Shown piece after piece: positions 19,891 to 29,226 of a stretch of DNA of 64,000 bases. Position numbers and translations under genes: made by a program. The notes under the pieces are model-generated. The model saw only the letters and a list, made by a program, of their open reading frames with translations. It did not search any database and was not told the origin of the DNA. Position 1 is the stretch's first letter. Each line of letters starts with the position of its first letter. This DNA is from Staphylococcus phage AH12: sequence record OR455461.1; one strand, given 5' to 3'.

Positions 19891-20952
19891 TTATTTAATA
19901 CTACTGAATAATATTGGATCTGATATTTTAATTCTGTCTTTAGGTACTCCAAAATCTTTTTCTTCTTCATGTAAATTGTAATAAATATTAGCATCATTAA
20001 GTTTAACTGCAATTGAATTACCTAACATTCTATAACTTTTATAATCTGATAATTTAACATCCTTATCAGAATAAATATTTATATTCATATTAAGTAAACC
20101 TAATTTACTTAAATAATCAAATACAAATTTATATCCTTTTCCATTATTAGCTATAAATAAATCATTATCATTTATCTCCCTATTATGAATATGATTAAAT
20201 ACAGATATAATGTCAAAGAAACCTTCTGCTATGTGAACATTATAAACATTTTGGTCTAATACCAAATTATTTGTGATTGAATAAAATCTATTACTTTCTT
20301 CTGCTAAATTTTTAAATATCTTTTGTTTAAAGTGTTTTTTACCAGTAACTTCATTAAACATCTTTCTACAATTTATAGTGTTTCTATCATTTAACATATA
20401 ACTAAAATAATTTTGATTTAATGTATTTATTTGAAGCTTATTATCCATATCAAAATTATTCTTTCTATAGAAATCATTTATATTTAATATTAGTTTATAT
20501 AAACTAATATCTGCTTTACTAATAGTAATTCCTAATCTTTCATTGATATAATTAATTTTTCCTATTTCTAATTCATTGTATTGATCTGGATAGTAATCTA
20601 ATATTTTAGTATTTCTATCTATAAAACTTTTACCGTATTTTCTATTTAAGTTAGATAAGTAATTATTATATTCACTATTAATATAACTACCAATATCTGC
20701 TTGATTAGAGTTTAACATTTCTAGTACTTTACTATTCATAACTCCTGAAGCATTACATCTTTGACAGAAATATTTGAATGGTGTATTATTTTGAATATAC
20801 ATATGTGTTGATTTATTAGATTTTTTAGAATCACCACAAAATGGACATCTAACCATTGTTTCATCTTGAGAAGAAGTTAATCTACATGGATTAACATTCT
20901 GTTTTAGATGATGATATAAAGTTAAATCGTATTTACTCATGTAGATTAACAC
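19891..20952 (-). CDS. DNA primase (Zn-ribbon + TOPRIM, DnaG/T7-like)
   Basis: N-terminal zinc ribbon CPFCGD...CQRC. TOPRIM-like acidic motifs VHIAEGFFD (EGxxD) and NIYSDKDVK (DxD). Confidence 0.55.
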   Translation of the reverse strand: MLIYMSKYDLTLYHHLKQNVNPCRLTSSQDETMVRCPFCGDSKKSNKSTHMYIQNNTPFKYFCQRCNASGVMNSKVLEMLNSNQADIGSYINSEYNNYLSNLNRKYGKSFIDRNTKILDYYPDQYNELEIGKINYINERLGITISKADISLYKLILNINDFYRKNNFDMDNKLQINTLNQNYFSYMLNDRNTINCRKMFNEVTGKKHFKQKIFKNLAEESNRFYSITNNLVLDQNVYNVHIAEGFFDIISVFNHIHNREINDNDLFIANNGKGYKFVFDYLSKLGLLNMNINIYSDKDVKLSDYKSYRMLGNSIAVKLNDANIYYNLHEEEKDFGVPKDRIKISDPILFSSIK

Positions 20953-20966
20953 TTCTTTCTTTTATA

Positions 20967-21611
20967 TTATAATAAACTAATAATTTTTCGAACGATTTTA
21001 TCAAAGATAGATTCTTGTTTTCCTGCTTTTTTAATATCTACATTATCACGATATTCTTTACCTGTTTCAGGATCTTTTTGAACATTTTGCATTTTATCTT
21101 TAATATTTTTAGCTTTTTCTTCTGTTTTATTTTTAAGACCTTCTGCTGCTTCTTTTGTTTTCTCTACTGTAGGTGATTCAACTACAGTTTCCACAGCTAA
21201 TTCTACTTTACTTGGTTTAACATCATCTCCACGTAAAATTTTCTTATATTCGTTAAATGTAGGATAACCTTCTTTAGCAAATCTATAATCTTCAGTTAAA
21301 TGTCCAAAATATTCAGCTCTACGAATATGAGTAATAGTGTGAGTTTTTCTTTCAGTTCCATATTTTTCTTTGAATTCTTTTAAGATGTAAGTATTACCAT
21401 GTCCTTTATCGATTAAACCAGCAATGAAGTGAACTTGCTCTTTAGTTAATTTTGGTGTACCTTTAGTAGTTGTTTGTTTTTTAGTCATTTTTGAATCATC
21501 CTTTTTATTATTTTTTGACAAATCTATAATTTTTTCGTTATTTGAGTTTTCTAATTTAATTTCTTTTTCTAACTTTTTTCTTTGTCGTTTATTCATGTCG
21601 CATTTCTCCAT
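20967..21611 (-). CDS. basic lysine-rich hypothetical protein sharing an N-terminal QxHFI..IDKG module with 46904-47548
   Basis: 214 aa. KEQVHFIAGLIDKGHGNTYILKEFKE resembles SQLHFISKMIDKGYNNKLILLLFKE of 46904-47548. Confidence 0.5.
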   Translation of the reverse strand: MEKCDMNKRQRKKLEKEIKLENSNNEKIIDLSKNNKKDDSKMTKKQTTTKGTPKLTKEQVHFIAGLIDKGHGNTYILKEFKEKYGTERKTHTITHIRRAEYFGHLTEDYRFAKEGYPTFNEYKKILRGDDVKPSKVELAVETVVESPTVEKTKEAAEGLKNKTEEKAKNIKDKMQNVQKDPETGKEYRDNVDIKKAGKQESIFDKIVRKIISLL

Positions 21612-22187
21612 TCAATTTAATAGTCTATCAATAAAAATATTATTGTTAAATGTATAAGCACCAGTATTATCTAATTTTTTATAATTAAAATTACTTCTAA
21701 TATATTTTCTAATTCTACTTTTAATGACATTTTCTAAGAAATTAGTTGTATTATATATTTCTGAAATTAATTCGTTTCTCCACTTATTAATTCCATCGGT
21801 TATATCATAAGTGCCAGTTATTCCTAATGATTCATTTTCATATTTATGTCCTAAATTTCCTCTATTAACGCTATATAAAGTATTTAAAACCATATTAAGT
21901 CTTTCAGCAAAAGTGTTACATAAAAATCTAGATATTTCATAATGTGTTGTAGTTAAAGTTACACTTACAACTTTATTAATATCATTGTTAACAATCTTTT
22001 TAATATGTTTTTTAGAATTATCTTTAAAACTGTTAGATTCTTTTATAATATCATTAATAATATCTTGATTAATATAATCCTGATCAATCTTAAGTAATTC
22101 TTTATAAATTTCTTCATAAAATATATCTAACGATTTTTCAGCCATATCGATTAAATTCTTTTCATTATTCTTTTTATATTTTATCAA
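21612..22187 (-). CDS. RNA polymerase beta-prime fragment (trigger-loop / region G-like polypeptide)
   Basis: FAERLNMVLNTLYSVNRGNLG...ITGTYDITDG aligns to the bacterial beta-prime block [21 protein letters not shown]...SGYLTRRLVD. Separate TTG start with a GGAGG ribosome-binding site. Confidence 0.45.
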   Translation of the reverse strand: MIKYKKNNEKNLIDMAEKSLDIFYEEIYKELLKIDQDYINQDIINDIIKESNSFKDNSKKHIKKIVNNDINKVVSVTLTTTHYEISRFLCNTFAERLNMVLNTLYSVNRGNLGHKYENESLGITGTYDITDGINKWRNELISEIYNTTNFLENVIKSRIRKYIRSNFNYKKLDNTGAYTFNNNIFIDRLLN

Positions 22188-22254
22188 TTCTATAAACCCT
22201 CCATATTTATAAAGTATAATAAGAATGGATAATCATAAAGATTATCCATTAAAA

Positions 22255-22455
22255 TTACTTATTCACTTTGATTGCATAATCATAAAGTATCAAAGCAGTA
22301 TTAAAAGCTATATTATCTAATTTATTAATTCCCCTTTTAATTCTACCAATTTTAGCTCTACTTATTCCAGTACATTTTTCAATTTCATAATTACTAATCT
22401 CTTTATTATTTAATAGTTTTTCTATCTCATATTTAACTTCTTCAGCTTTATTCAC
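22255..22455 (-). CDS. RNA polymerase beta-prime fragment (66 aa) continuing exon 2 in the -1 frame; GTG start overlaps the upstream stop
   Basis: AEEVKYEIEKLL...CTGISRAKIGRIKRG aligns to the beta-prime block PKEAERLYRSGL...TTVGRAILW. It starts inside AAAGCTAGTGAATAAAGCT, which overlaps the stop codon of exon 2. Confidence 0.4.
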   Translation of the reverse strand: MNKAEEVKYEIEKLLNNKEISNYEIEKCTGISRAKIGRIKRGINKLDNIAFNTALILYDYAIKVNK

Positions 22456-22664
22456 TAGCTTTAATACCTACATTTTTTGATTTAGGGTTATTTAGTAAAT
22501 AAACAGCTATTTGTGAGTCTTTATTAAGCGAGTAAGTTCTATTAAATAATCCATCATTATATGAAATTAATTGATTTACTGGATCTTGGACTTTTAACTG
22601 TTCGTATTGTTCTTCTGAAAATAGTGCTATGATGTTTAAAGTGTCACCATCATACGTTTATCTT
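22448..22664 (-). CDS. RNA polymerase beta-prime N-terminal subunit, exon 2 (starts YDGDTLNIIALFSEEQYEQL...)
   Basis: YDGDTLNIIALFSEEQYEQLKVQDPVNQLISYNDG...SQIAVYLLNN aligns to [39 protein letters not shown]...SQDVVLGLYYMT (catalytic Mg-binding loop). There is no start codon. It is preceded by an intron-like element ending in G. Confidence 0.6.
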
Positions 22665-22834
22665 AATCTATATAAATATTATCATATAGACGAGACTATA
22701 TCATTACCATTTAAGGTAGAATATATTTAGTCGTTGAACAAATTATATTAATTTGATGCTGATTAATTTAATAATCTTCTCAGCAATTAATATTCTTTTC
22801 TATAAATCTCTCAATTTAAAGCGACTATTATTTA
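22665..22834 (-). ncRNA. compact group I intron B in the beta-prime gene (~170 nt)
   Basis: P AATTGCTGAG, Q AATCAGCATC, R GTTCAACGACTAAAT, S GATATAGTC and a P9 hairpin in canonical order. The element ends ...AAACG immediately before the YDGD exon. Confidence 0.6.
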
Positions 22835-22840
22835 ATCGGC
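22835..22840 (-). CDS. proposed 6-nt micro-exon GCCGAT (Ala-Asp) restoring NADYDGD
   Basis: Inference only. GCCGAT lies between the two intron cores, is preceded by ...CAAATG (a possible terminal G) and ends in T. Joining SNN + AD + YDGD reproduces the universal NADFDGD motif. Confidence 0.3.
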
Positions 22841-23041
22841 CATTTGTATTAACTTCATAGAGATTTTTCTATAAAGATTAGACTATATCAAACTCATATT
22901 AGTGAGTGAATTTATTTAGTCGTTGAACAATCATCTTGATTGATGCTGATTAATTTAATAATCTTCTCAGCAATTAAAATTCTTTTGACATTATATTACT
23001 ATAATGAAAGGCTACCTTTATAACCCATACCAGCAAGTATA
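22841..23041 (-). ncRNA. compact group I intron A in the beta-prime gene (~200 nt)
   Basis: Second copy of the P/Q/R/S core (core 22868-22986) immediately 3' of ...VVGISNN. The upstream exon's reading frame runs on into the intron and stops by chance at 23000. Confidence 0.55.
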
Positions 23042-24120
23042 TTATTACTAATACCTACTACTGATGATTCTATATCTTGAATTATATCTTTAATTTTCAA
23101 TATTTGAACAGAGCTTTCACTAATTGAGGGATTTCTATTTAAAATAACTCTCATTCCATTTTCAGTTTTATCAACTAGTTCTCTCATATATTTATATACT
23201 TTAGGATTAAATGTATCTAATGCTCTGTCTAATATTTCTTCACCTTTAGCTAAAGGAATATTTTCTGTTACATACATTAAATTTGCTAAGATAGGTTTAT
23301 ATACTTCTAAGAAGATAGTGTAATTTAATCTGATTTCATTTAATTTAAGGTCAGGTGCTGGAACAATTACTGAACGTGCAGAGAAACCAACACGACTACC
23401 CATTAGTAATTTACGAATAGTTCCACCTTTACCTTTAATATTCTCATTAATTACACGATCACTAATATTAATACTATCATTCTGAATTTTACTTAATAGA
23501 TTTAATTTTTGTAACTCCACTGAATCATCTGTATAATGTCTATCAAGTTCTTTAATACTATTACTATGTGCAATTAATAAATTATAATCTTTATTAATTT
23601 CAGAATGTCTAAAAGTTTTAGTAGCTTTGTTAACTGTAGCAGGTCTTAATTTAGGACTAAATACAGTTACATAATTTTGGAATAGTAAATCAGATAAATA
23701 CCATTGTACTACTCTATTGTAATCTTTAGTTTTACGTTTATCACGTTTAACTTCTTCTTTAAGAATTTTTAAGAAATTCTTTCTAAATTCAATTAAACCA
23801 ATATAAGAGTTATGATCATCTTCAGGTTCAATTACATTACCATTCTCATCAATAGGTTTTTCAGAACTAATAATTTCTTGGAATCTTTTATTACCAATTA
23901 ATTTTTTAACACGTTCATATCCTAATGGATTTAATATATAATTATTACCTAAATCTACAATAGCTTCATTAGTAATATTATCTGCTTCTGAATCAGGACC
24001 GAAGATTTTTTCACTGAAAATACCATCTTCAGTGAAATCTCCTTTTTTATCTATTGATTCATGATTAGTTACAACTGGAACATTTTCTAAATCCTTTTTC
24101 TTGAGTAAAAATCTAACCAT
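23042..24120 (-). CDS. RNA polymerase beta-prime N-terminal subunit, exon 1
   Basis: IKGKGGTIRKLLMGSRVGFSARSVIVPAPDLKLNEIRLNYTIFLEVYKP aligns to [46 protein letters not shown]. ...VILNRNPS aligns to VLLNRAPT. The exon stops just before the DFDGD loop. Confidence 0.65.
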
Positions 24121-24123
24121 AAC

Positions 24124-25746
24124 TTAATCTTCTCCCTCTTCTACAATTTCTTTAATGTCCATAACAACTTCTTGATCATCATTTTCTTTCTCTAATTTAT
24201 CAATATTTTCAATATCTTCAATTTCTTTGATATTAGGTTTATTTTCAAAATAGAATGAACCATTTTCACCAGGATCTTTAACTTCACAGAAAGGTGTTAA
24301 AGTACGAGTAATACCTGGATTATTTGATGAAGTAGCAATCAAATCAATTCTACCGAAATAAGTGTTATTGATATTGATTGTTCTAATAGATGGTTTACTA
24401 GTGTCTACAGCTGATTGTGGACCTGCTTTAGTCATTTTAAGAATTCTAGTAAATAAGTCAATTGTATTAACTGCATTAGAATAACGTATACCGTCAGAAG
24501 TTCCAATAGTCTTCAATAGATAATCTCTAGGTACTCCTGAGAATAATCCTTTAAGATTTTTAATTGTACGTTTTTTATCTGAGAAGTTAATCATACGATA
24601 TGAAGTATCAGAGTTTTTTCTATTCAGTGGATAAGTTAAATATTCTAATACTCTTAAACGTTTATTAGCTAAATCTGTATTATCTAATAAGTTAAGATTA
24701 TCAAAGTTCTTAAACATGTATTTAACCACATGATAAGTTGATTCTTTATCTTCTGATTCTAATCGTGATATAGCTTGAGTACGACTATCTAATATACGAT
24801 CAAATGAAAGTATCATTGAATTCGCTTTATCTATTTTAGTGTCAATATTAGTTGAACCACTGAAGATAGAACCTAAAGCTTTTAACCAGAATTCTCTATC
24901 GTATATTTTATCTAATCCCGCTCTCATTCCTTTGAATAAATCTTTAATACAAAGGATCATAGAATTTCTATAACGATCATCAACGTCTAACCATTCTTTT
25001 TCAACTTTTAAAGAAAGTTTATTATTAATTTTAAAGTAATAGTAATTATCTTCTTTTTCATCATTAATATCTATTACTTTACAATGGTCTTTAATTTCTA
25101 AGAATTCAAATGTTTCATCAAATCCCATTTTTGCAACAAAGAACATAAATGCTGGAACACTCTTATTTTTATTGAACACTTCTAGATATAGAGTTCTTCC
25201 TCTTTGGACATTATTCATCTTATTATCGTCATCCATAATAGTATCTTTTTTAGAACCATTGACTGATAGTGGTTGCAATAAGTTTTTCATTACTACAGTA
25301 CTAGCTTTTGGTTTATAAAATTCAGCATCTGCTAATTGTAGAATTGGGAAAAATTTGTTATTATTAATATAGTAGTATTGACCTTCAATAAGTTCAGGGA
25401 AATCTAATTTGTGTGTATATTCTTCTTTATTACCTTCTGAATCTTCAAATTCTACTGTAATTTGAACTTCTAGTAATTTAGATTCCTCAACATTAATTTT
25501 TCTGTAATCTTTAGATTTAAGTTGTTTATCTGTCATTTGATTAAATTCATAAACCTGACTTGGTGAAACGACTTTACAATCTAAGAATTTAATTCCTTTA
25601 ATAAATTCTACTGATCTATAAATGTCTGAAATGATTTTTTCTAAACTTTCATTTTGTCTGAAATAGATTACGTCTTCGTTAAATGGTTCTTTTTTGCTAA
25701 TGTCTTCGTTGATGTTCTTTGTAACTTTACTTAAGTATTTACTCAA
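24124..25746 (-). CDS. RNA polymerase beta subunit, N-terminal part (split-beta type)
   Basis: NTYFGRIDLIATSSNNPGITRTL aligns to [22 protein letters not shown]. 540 aa, ends before the NRALMG region. Confidence 0.65.
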   Translation of the reverse strand: MSKYLSKVTKNINEDISKKEPFNEDVIYFRQNESLEKIISDIYRSVEFIKGIKFLDCKVVSPSQVYEFNQMTDKQLKSKDYRKINVEESKLLEVQITVEFEDSEGNKEEYTHKLDFPELIEGQYYYINNNKFFPILQLADAEFYKPKASTVVMKNLLQPLSVNGSKKDTIMDDDNKMNNVQRGRTLYLEVFNKNKSVPAFMFFVAKMGFDETFEFLEIKDHCKVIDINDEKEDNYYYFKINNKLSLKVEKEWLDVDDRYRNSMILCIKDLFKGMRAGLDKIYDREFWLKALGSIFSGSTNIDTKIDKANSMILSFDRILDSRTQAISRLESEDKESTYHVVKYMFKNFDNLNLLDNTDLANKRLRVLEYLTYPLNRKNSDTSYRMINFSDKKRTIKNLKGLFSGVPRDYLLKTIGTSDGIRYSNAVNTIDLFTRILKMTKAGPQSAVDTSKPSIRTININNTYFGRIDLIATSSNNPGITRTLTPFCEVKDPGENGSFYFENKPNIKEIEDIENIDKLEKENDDQEVVMDIKEIVEEGED

Positions 25747-25907
25747 TTATCCGACACTCTCCCTCTTGGTAATAAAAACTTTATAAGATATGAGTTATTT
25801 CTGGTTTTTATTTTTTTACAAAATGAAAACTCATAACAATATTATATCATAAAACTTAGAAAAATGCTAGGAAAATAATACTATTTTTCTAAAAATTTTA
25901 AAAATAA

Positions 25908-26240
25908 ATGAAAGAAAGGAATCTAAAAATGAATAGACAAATTCAAGATCAAAAACATTTCTTCCGTGAATGGTCTAAACGAACTGGTTTATCTCAAAGA
26001 GAATTAGTCGATGCTTATTCAGAAATGATCGATATTTTAGTTGAATCAGCTAATGATTCAGATCAAACTAAAACTATTATTCCTGAAATTGGTGTTTTAG
26101 AAGTTAAACCTGAAGATATGCGTAAACGTAGAAATCCAAGAACTAATCAAATTGTAGTTACTGAACCTACACGTAAAGCACACATTCGTTTATATCCTAG
26201 ACTTAAAAATAGATTTAAACCTGAAGAACTAGAAAAATAA
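25908..26240 (+). CDS. HU/IHF-family (TF1-like) histone-like DNA-binding protein
   Basis: TGLSQRELVDAYSEMIDILVE...IPEIGVLEVKPEDMRKRRNPRTNQIVVTEPTRKAHIRLYPRLKN matches the HU fold pattern (GxFxV..R..R.GRNP.T...). Isolated + strand gene. Confidence 0.65.
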   Translation: MKERNLKMNRQIQDQKHFFREWSKRTGLSQRELVDAYSEMIDILVESANDSDQTKTIIPEIGVLEVKPEDMRKRRNPRTNQIVVTEPTRKAHIRLYPRLKNRFKPEELEK

Positions 26241-26290
26241 AAATAATTCAAAAGCCATAATATACTTATTTGTATATTATGGCAATTTTA

Positions 26291-26569
26291 TTATTCATTT
26301 TCATTAATGTCTTCTTTAGTTTCTTTTCTTTTAATAGTTAAATTAAGTACTTTTCTGAAAAATTTAATTTTAAGATTTAATAAGAAATTACTATCTGATT
26401 TAATCTTAACATCAAACTTCTGCTCTTTATCTTCTTCAGTTTCAGGTAAAGTAACAAATTCAAAGTCTACTCTTTCTAAGTCTTCTCTAGATAATAATTC
26501 TTTCTTTTGACTTTCATTAAGTTTTAACCCTAATCTTTTTTCTAATTTCTTTTGATTTCTTTTATTCAT
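26291..26569 (-). CDS. basic hypothetical protein
   Basis: 92-aa ORF. Confidence 0.45.
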   Translation of the reverse strand: MNKRNQKKLEKRLGLKLNESQKKELLSREDLERVDFEFVTLPETEEDKEQKFDVKIKSDSNFLLNLKIKFFRKVLNLTIKRKETKEDINENE

Positions 26570-26598
26570 ATTAATAAGTCATCTCCATATTATAATTA

Positions 26599-26982
26599 TT
26601 AATCTTTATAGTCTGGTTTAGCTGGAATCCACATCTTAGGATTATAATTAATTTCATATTGATATTTGCTAACATTCTTAGTTGTAACGTCTTCAACAGT
26701 ATATGAAACATTATCAGATAGACCAATGATGTGTTTTTGATATTTACCATTTTCATTTTCTACAACTATTTCCAACTGATTATCATCTTTATCTGCTTTG
26801 ATAGACATACGTCCAGACATCTGAAAAATAATATCATTCTTAATAGCATTTATAACAGTTACTTTTCTAACTACATTAAAATTATCTGACTCTTCAGACA
26901 TATTCTGACTAACCTTATCTGCTTGAGAACACCCTGTTAATAATAAAACGAATAATAATGGTAGTACTAAAAATTTCTTCAT
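26599..26982 (-). CDS. lipoprotein (lipobox LTGC)
   Basis: MKKFLVLPLLFVLLLTGC. AAGGAG ribosome-binding site. Confidence 0.6.
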   Translation of the reverse strand: MKKFLVLPLLFVLLLTGCSQADKVSQNMSEESDNFNVVRKVTVINAIKNDIIFQMSGRMSIKADKDDNQLEIVVENENGKYQKHIIGLSDNVSYTVEDVTTKNVSKYQYEINYNPKMWIPAKPDYKD

Positions 26983-27016
26983 GATTGTTTTCTCCTTTGA
27001 TTGTCTTAATATATTA

Positions 27017-27070
27017 GAGGTAATGACAAATTGTATGTCATTACCTCATTTTTATAATATATATTTAAAT
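27017..27070 (-). promoter_or_regulatory. conserved hairpin + TATATATTATAA intergenic element (GGTAATGAC-type hairpin)
   Basis: GAGGTAATGACAAATTGTATGTCATTACCTC hairpin followed by ATTTTTATAATATATATTTAAAT, placed between the stop codon of 27065-27286 and the ribosome-binding site of 26599-26982. Confidence 0.45.
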
Positions 27071-27286
27071 AATATCTTCCTCATAATTAGGAATAATTAA
27101 TTCTTGTTCTAATAAATTATCTAACTTACTTTTTTCTAATACAAATCCATTACCATCTTTATCTGAATATAAAAGTAATTCAGATTCACCATCAATAAAG
27201 TTTTTTAAACCTCTACGGTGTAAAAAGAATTTTCTTTCGTTCTTCTTATATTCAAATGAGAATGGTATTTTTCCTTCTTCCATCAT
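27065..27286 (-). CDS. hypothetical protein
   Basis: 73-aa ORF. Confidence 0.45.
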   Translation of the reverse strand: MMEEGKIPFSFEYKKNERKFFLHRRGLKNFIDGESELLLYSDKDGNGFVLEKSKLDNLLEQELIIPNYEEDII

Positions 27287-27576
27287 GCTACAACATCTCC
27301 ATCTTTAGTTTCAACATTCTTTGAATTTAATTCAATACTAAAATTCTTAATATGATTCAAGTGATTTAATTTTAATTTACTTCTAAAACTTTCCTTATCA
27401 ATACTTTCGATATTATAAGTATTCAATATCATTTGCATTGTAGTAAAGTTTTCTGAATCATATATTTCTAATAACGTAATCTCCAATTTATTAATAGCTT
27501 CTTCAAACGTATCAAACGTAAATGATTCAACTATTCTTCTATTGAATTTTAATTTAAATCCATATACTCTTTTCAT
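27283..27576 (-). CDS. hypothetical protein
   Basis: 97-aa ORF. Confidence 0.45.
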   Translation of the reverse strand: MKRVYGFKLKFNRRIVESFTFDTFEEAINKLEITLLEIYDSENFTTMQMILNTYNIESIDKESFRSKLKLNHLNHIKNFSIELNSKNVETKDGDVVA

Positions 27577-27596
27577 TTAAATTCTCTCCTTTCTAT

Positions 27597-28247
27597 TTAA
27601 CTAAATAAAGAATTTATAAATATAGATCTATATTCTTTAATTGTAATTTCTTTATTATAATTGAAGAATATATTTTTAGACTGCTTTAAAGTTAAAAAGA
27701 ATTCAGCTAATGTTAATGCTTTAAGATATTGCTTTTCATTGTCTCTATTTTGTTTAAATAAATTAATGAATATATCTTCAATTCCTATTTCTTTAAAATT
27801 GTCTATATAGAATTCTTCTTTAATATCCTTCTCTACATATGGTACTTTAGTTATTGTAAAATATGAATTATTAGTTTTAACTAAATTATTTGAATCTAAT
27901 AAATCATCTATTTCTGGTTCAGTAAGACTATTAATTTCTTTAAAATCTCTGAAATTATTTACTTTTTTAATATTCTCTTTTATTAAATTTAATGTCTGAT
28001 GATTTACTATTTTACTATAAAAATTCATAGTAGTTCTTTCATTTGAGAATATATTTTCCTCCAATATTAAAGAATAACTAGCATTATTAATCATTAAAGC
28101 ATTACTATTTTCTGTAATATCCAATTGCTTTTCAATTTGTTCCATTATATCTTTATCGTAATCTATAAGTAGAACAATTGTGTTTAAATTCTTTTTATAC
28201 GTATTCCTAGATCTTTTTTGAAAATTAATTAAGTACATTATAACCAA
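27597..28247 (-). CDS. hypothetical protein
   Basis: 216-aa ORF. Confidence 0.5.
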   Translation of the reverse strand: MVIMYLINFQKRSRNTYKKNLNTIVLLIDYDKDIMEQIEKQLDITENSNALMINNASYSLILEENIFSNERTTMNFYSKIVNHQTLNLIKENIKKVNNFRDFKEINSLTEPEIDDLLDSNNLVKTNNSYFTITKVPYVEKDIKEEFYIDNFKEIGIEDIFINLFKQNRDNEKQYLKALTLAEFFLTLKQSKNIFFNYNKEITIKEYRSIFINSLFS

Positions 28248-28310
28248 CTATATCACCACACTTATATATTAATGAATTTATAATAATTACACGTTAGTTT
28301 CATTCATTAA

Positions 28311-28715
28311 TTATTTAAATGAATTCGTTATAATTAAATTTTTAAATTGCTTTTCAGTTAATATATCTTTTAAATATCGATGGATAGTTTCTTTAAAATC
28401 ATATATTATATAATTATCATTTTCTTTTATTAAAGCACATAAATTATCACTACCATTATTATATTTCTTCAATATTTTATTTATAGTATAGTAGTCAATC
28501 TTATTATTTTCAAATATTATTGATGATAAAGCTGGTTTAATAATCACTTCATAAAAATTACTAAATGATTTTGTATAAGATTCTACATCATCTTTATCAT
28601 CAATGTGACTGAAAAATATTTGTCTTATTACAGGATAAGTATATGATCTCAATACATTATACTTAATTATTTGACTTGACAATTCATCATAATCAAATTT
28701 ATTTAATTTTTTCAT
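28311..28715 (-). CDS. paralog-family protein (C-terminal TEKQFKNLIITNSFK)
   Basis: 134 aa. Confidence 0.5.
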   Translation of the reverse strand: MKKLNKFDYDELSSQIIKYNVLRSYTYPVIRQIFFSHIDDKDDVESYTKSFSNFYEVIIKPALSSIIFENNKIDYYTINKILKKYNNGSDNLCALIKENDNYIIYDFKETIHRYLKDILTEKQFKNLIITNSFK

Positions 28716-28811
28716 TATCTAACACCTCCTCATATAATAAATATATTTAAGACAACGTATATATTTAGTATACATTTTCTCATTTTAATAATATATATTT
28801 AAATCATATTT

Positions 28812-29213
28812 TTATTTAAATGTATTTTTTATTTTATTATTCATATATTCTTTTCTTGTGACTTCAGTATAATAATTTTCATCAGATATATCAAAATCCA
28901 TTTCAGATACAGTTCTAATAAATATATGATGTATATCATCTAAATCTTTCTTTTTACTTCTTTTTATTTTTACTTCAAGTCCTTGATAACTATTATATTT
29001 TATCTTAATATTTAATAATACAGCTAAACCCTTTCTTATTTTACCTATAGAAATAGTATTATAAAAATCAAAATGAGTTAGTATATCCATTATAGATAAA
29101 TTTTCATCTTCACTAAAATAAATATTATATCTATTAAAATCTGATAAGTTTACACGTTCTTCTATATTAAGATTTTTTACTATCCCTATAGGTGTTAATT
29201 TATAATATTTCAT
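28812..29213 (-). CDS. paralog-family protein (N-terminal MKYYKLTPIGIV, C-terminal TRKEYMNNKIKNTFK)
   Basis: 133 aa. Confidence 0.55.
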   Translation of the reverse strand: MKYYKLTPIGIVKNLNIEERVNLSDFNRYNIYFSEDENLSIMDILTHFDFYNTISIGKIRKGLAVLLNIKIKYNSYQGLEVKIKRSKKKDLDDIHHIFIRTVSEMDFDISDENYYTEVTRKEYMNNKIKNTFK

Positions 29214-29226
29214 ATCAATTCCTTAT

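Noticed and set aside
22665-23041. gene-60-type programmed ribosomal bypassing or inteins to explain the interrupted RNAP reading frames.
   Set aside because: The gaps contain in-frame stops and are 135-1500 nt, too long for bypass and not open for inteins. Conserved ribozyme cores explain them better.
26307-26982. ORFs 26307-26510 (+) and 26571-26756 (-) from the track.
   Set aside because: They overlap the better ORFs 26291-26569 and 26599-26982 in other frames and have low-complexity translations.
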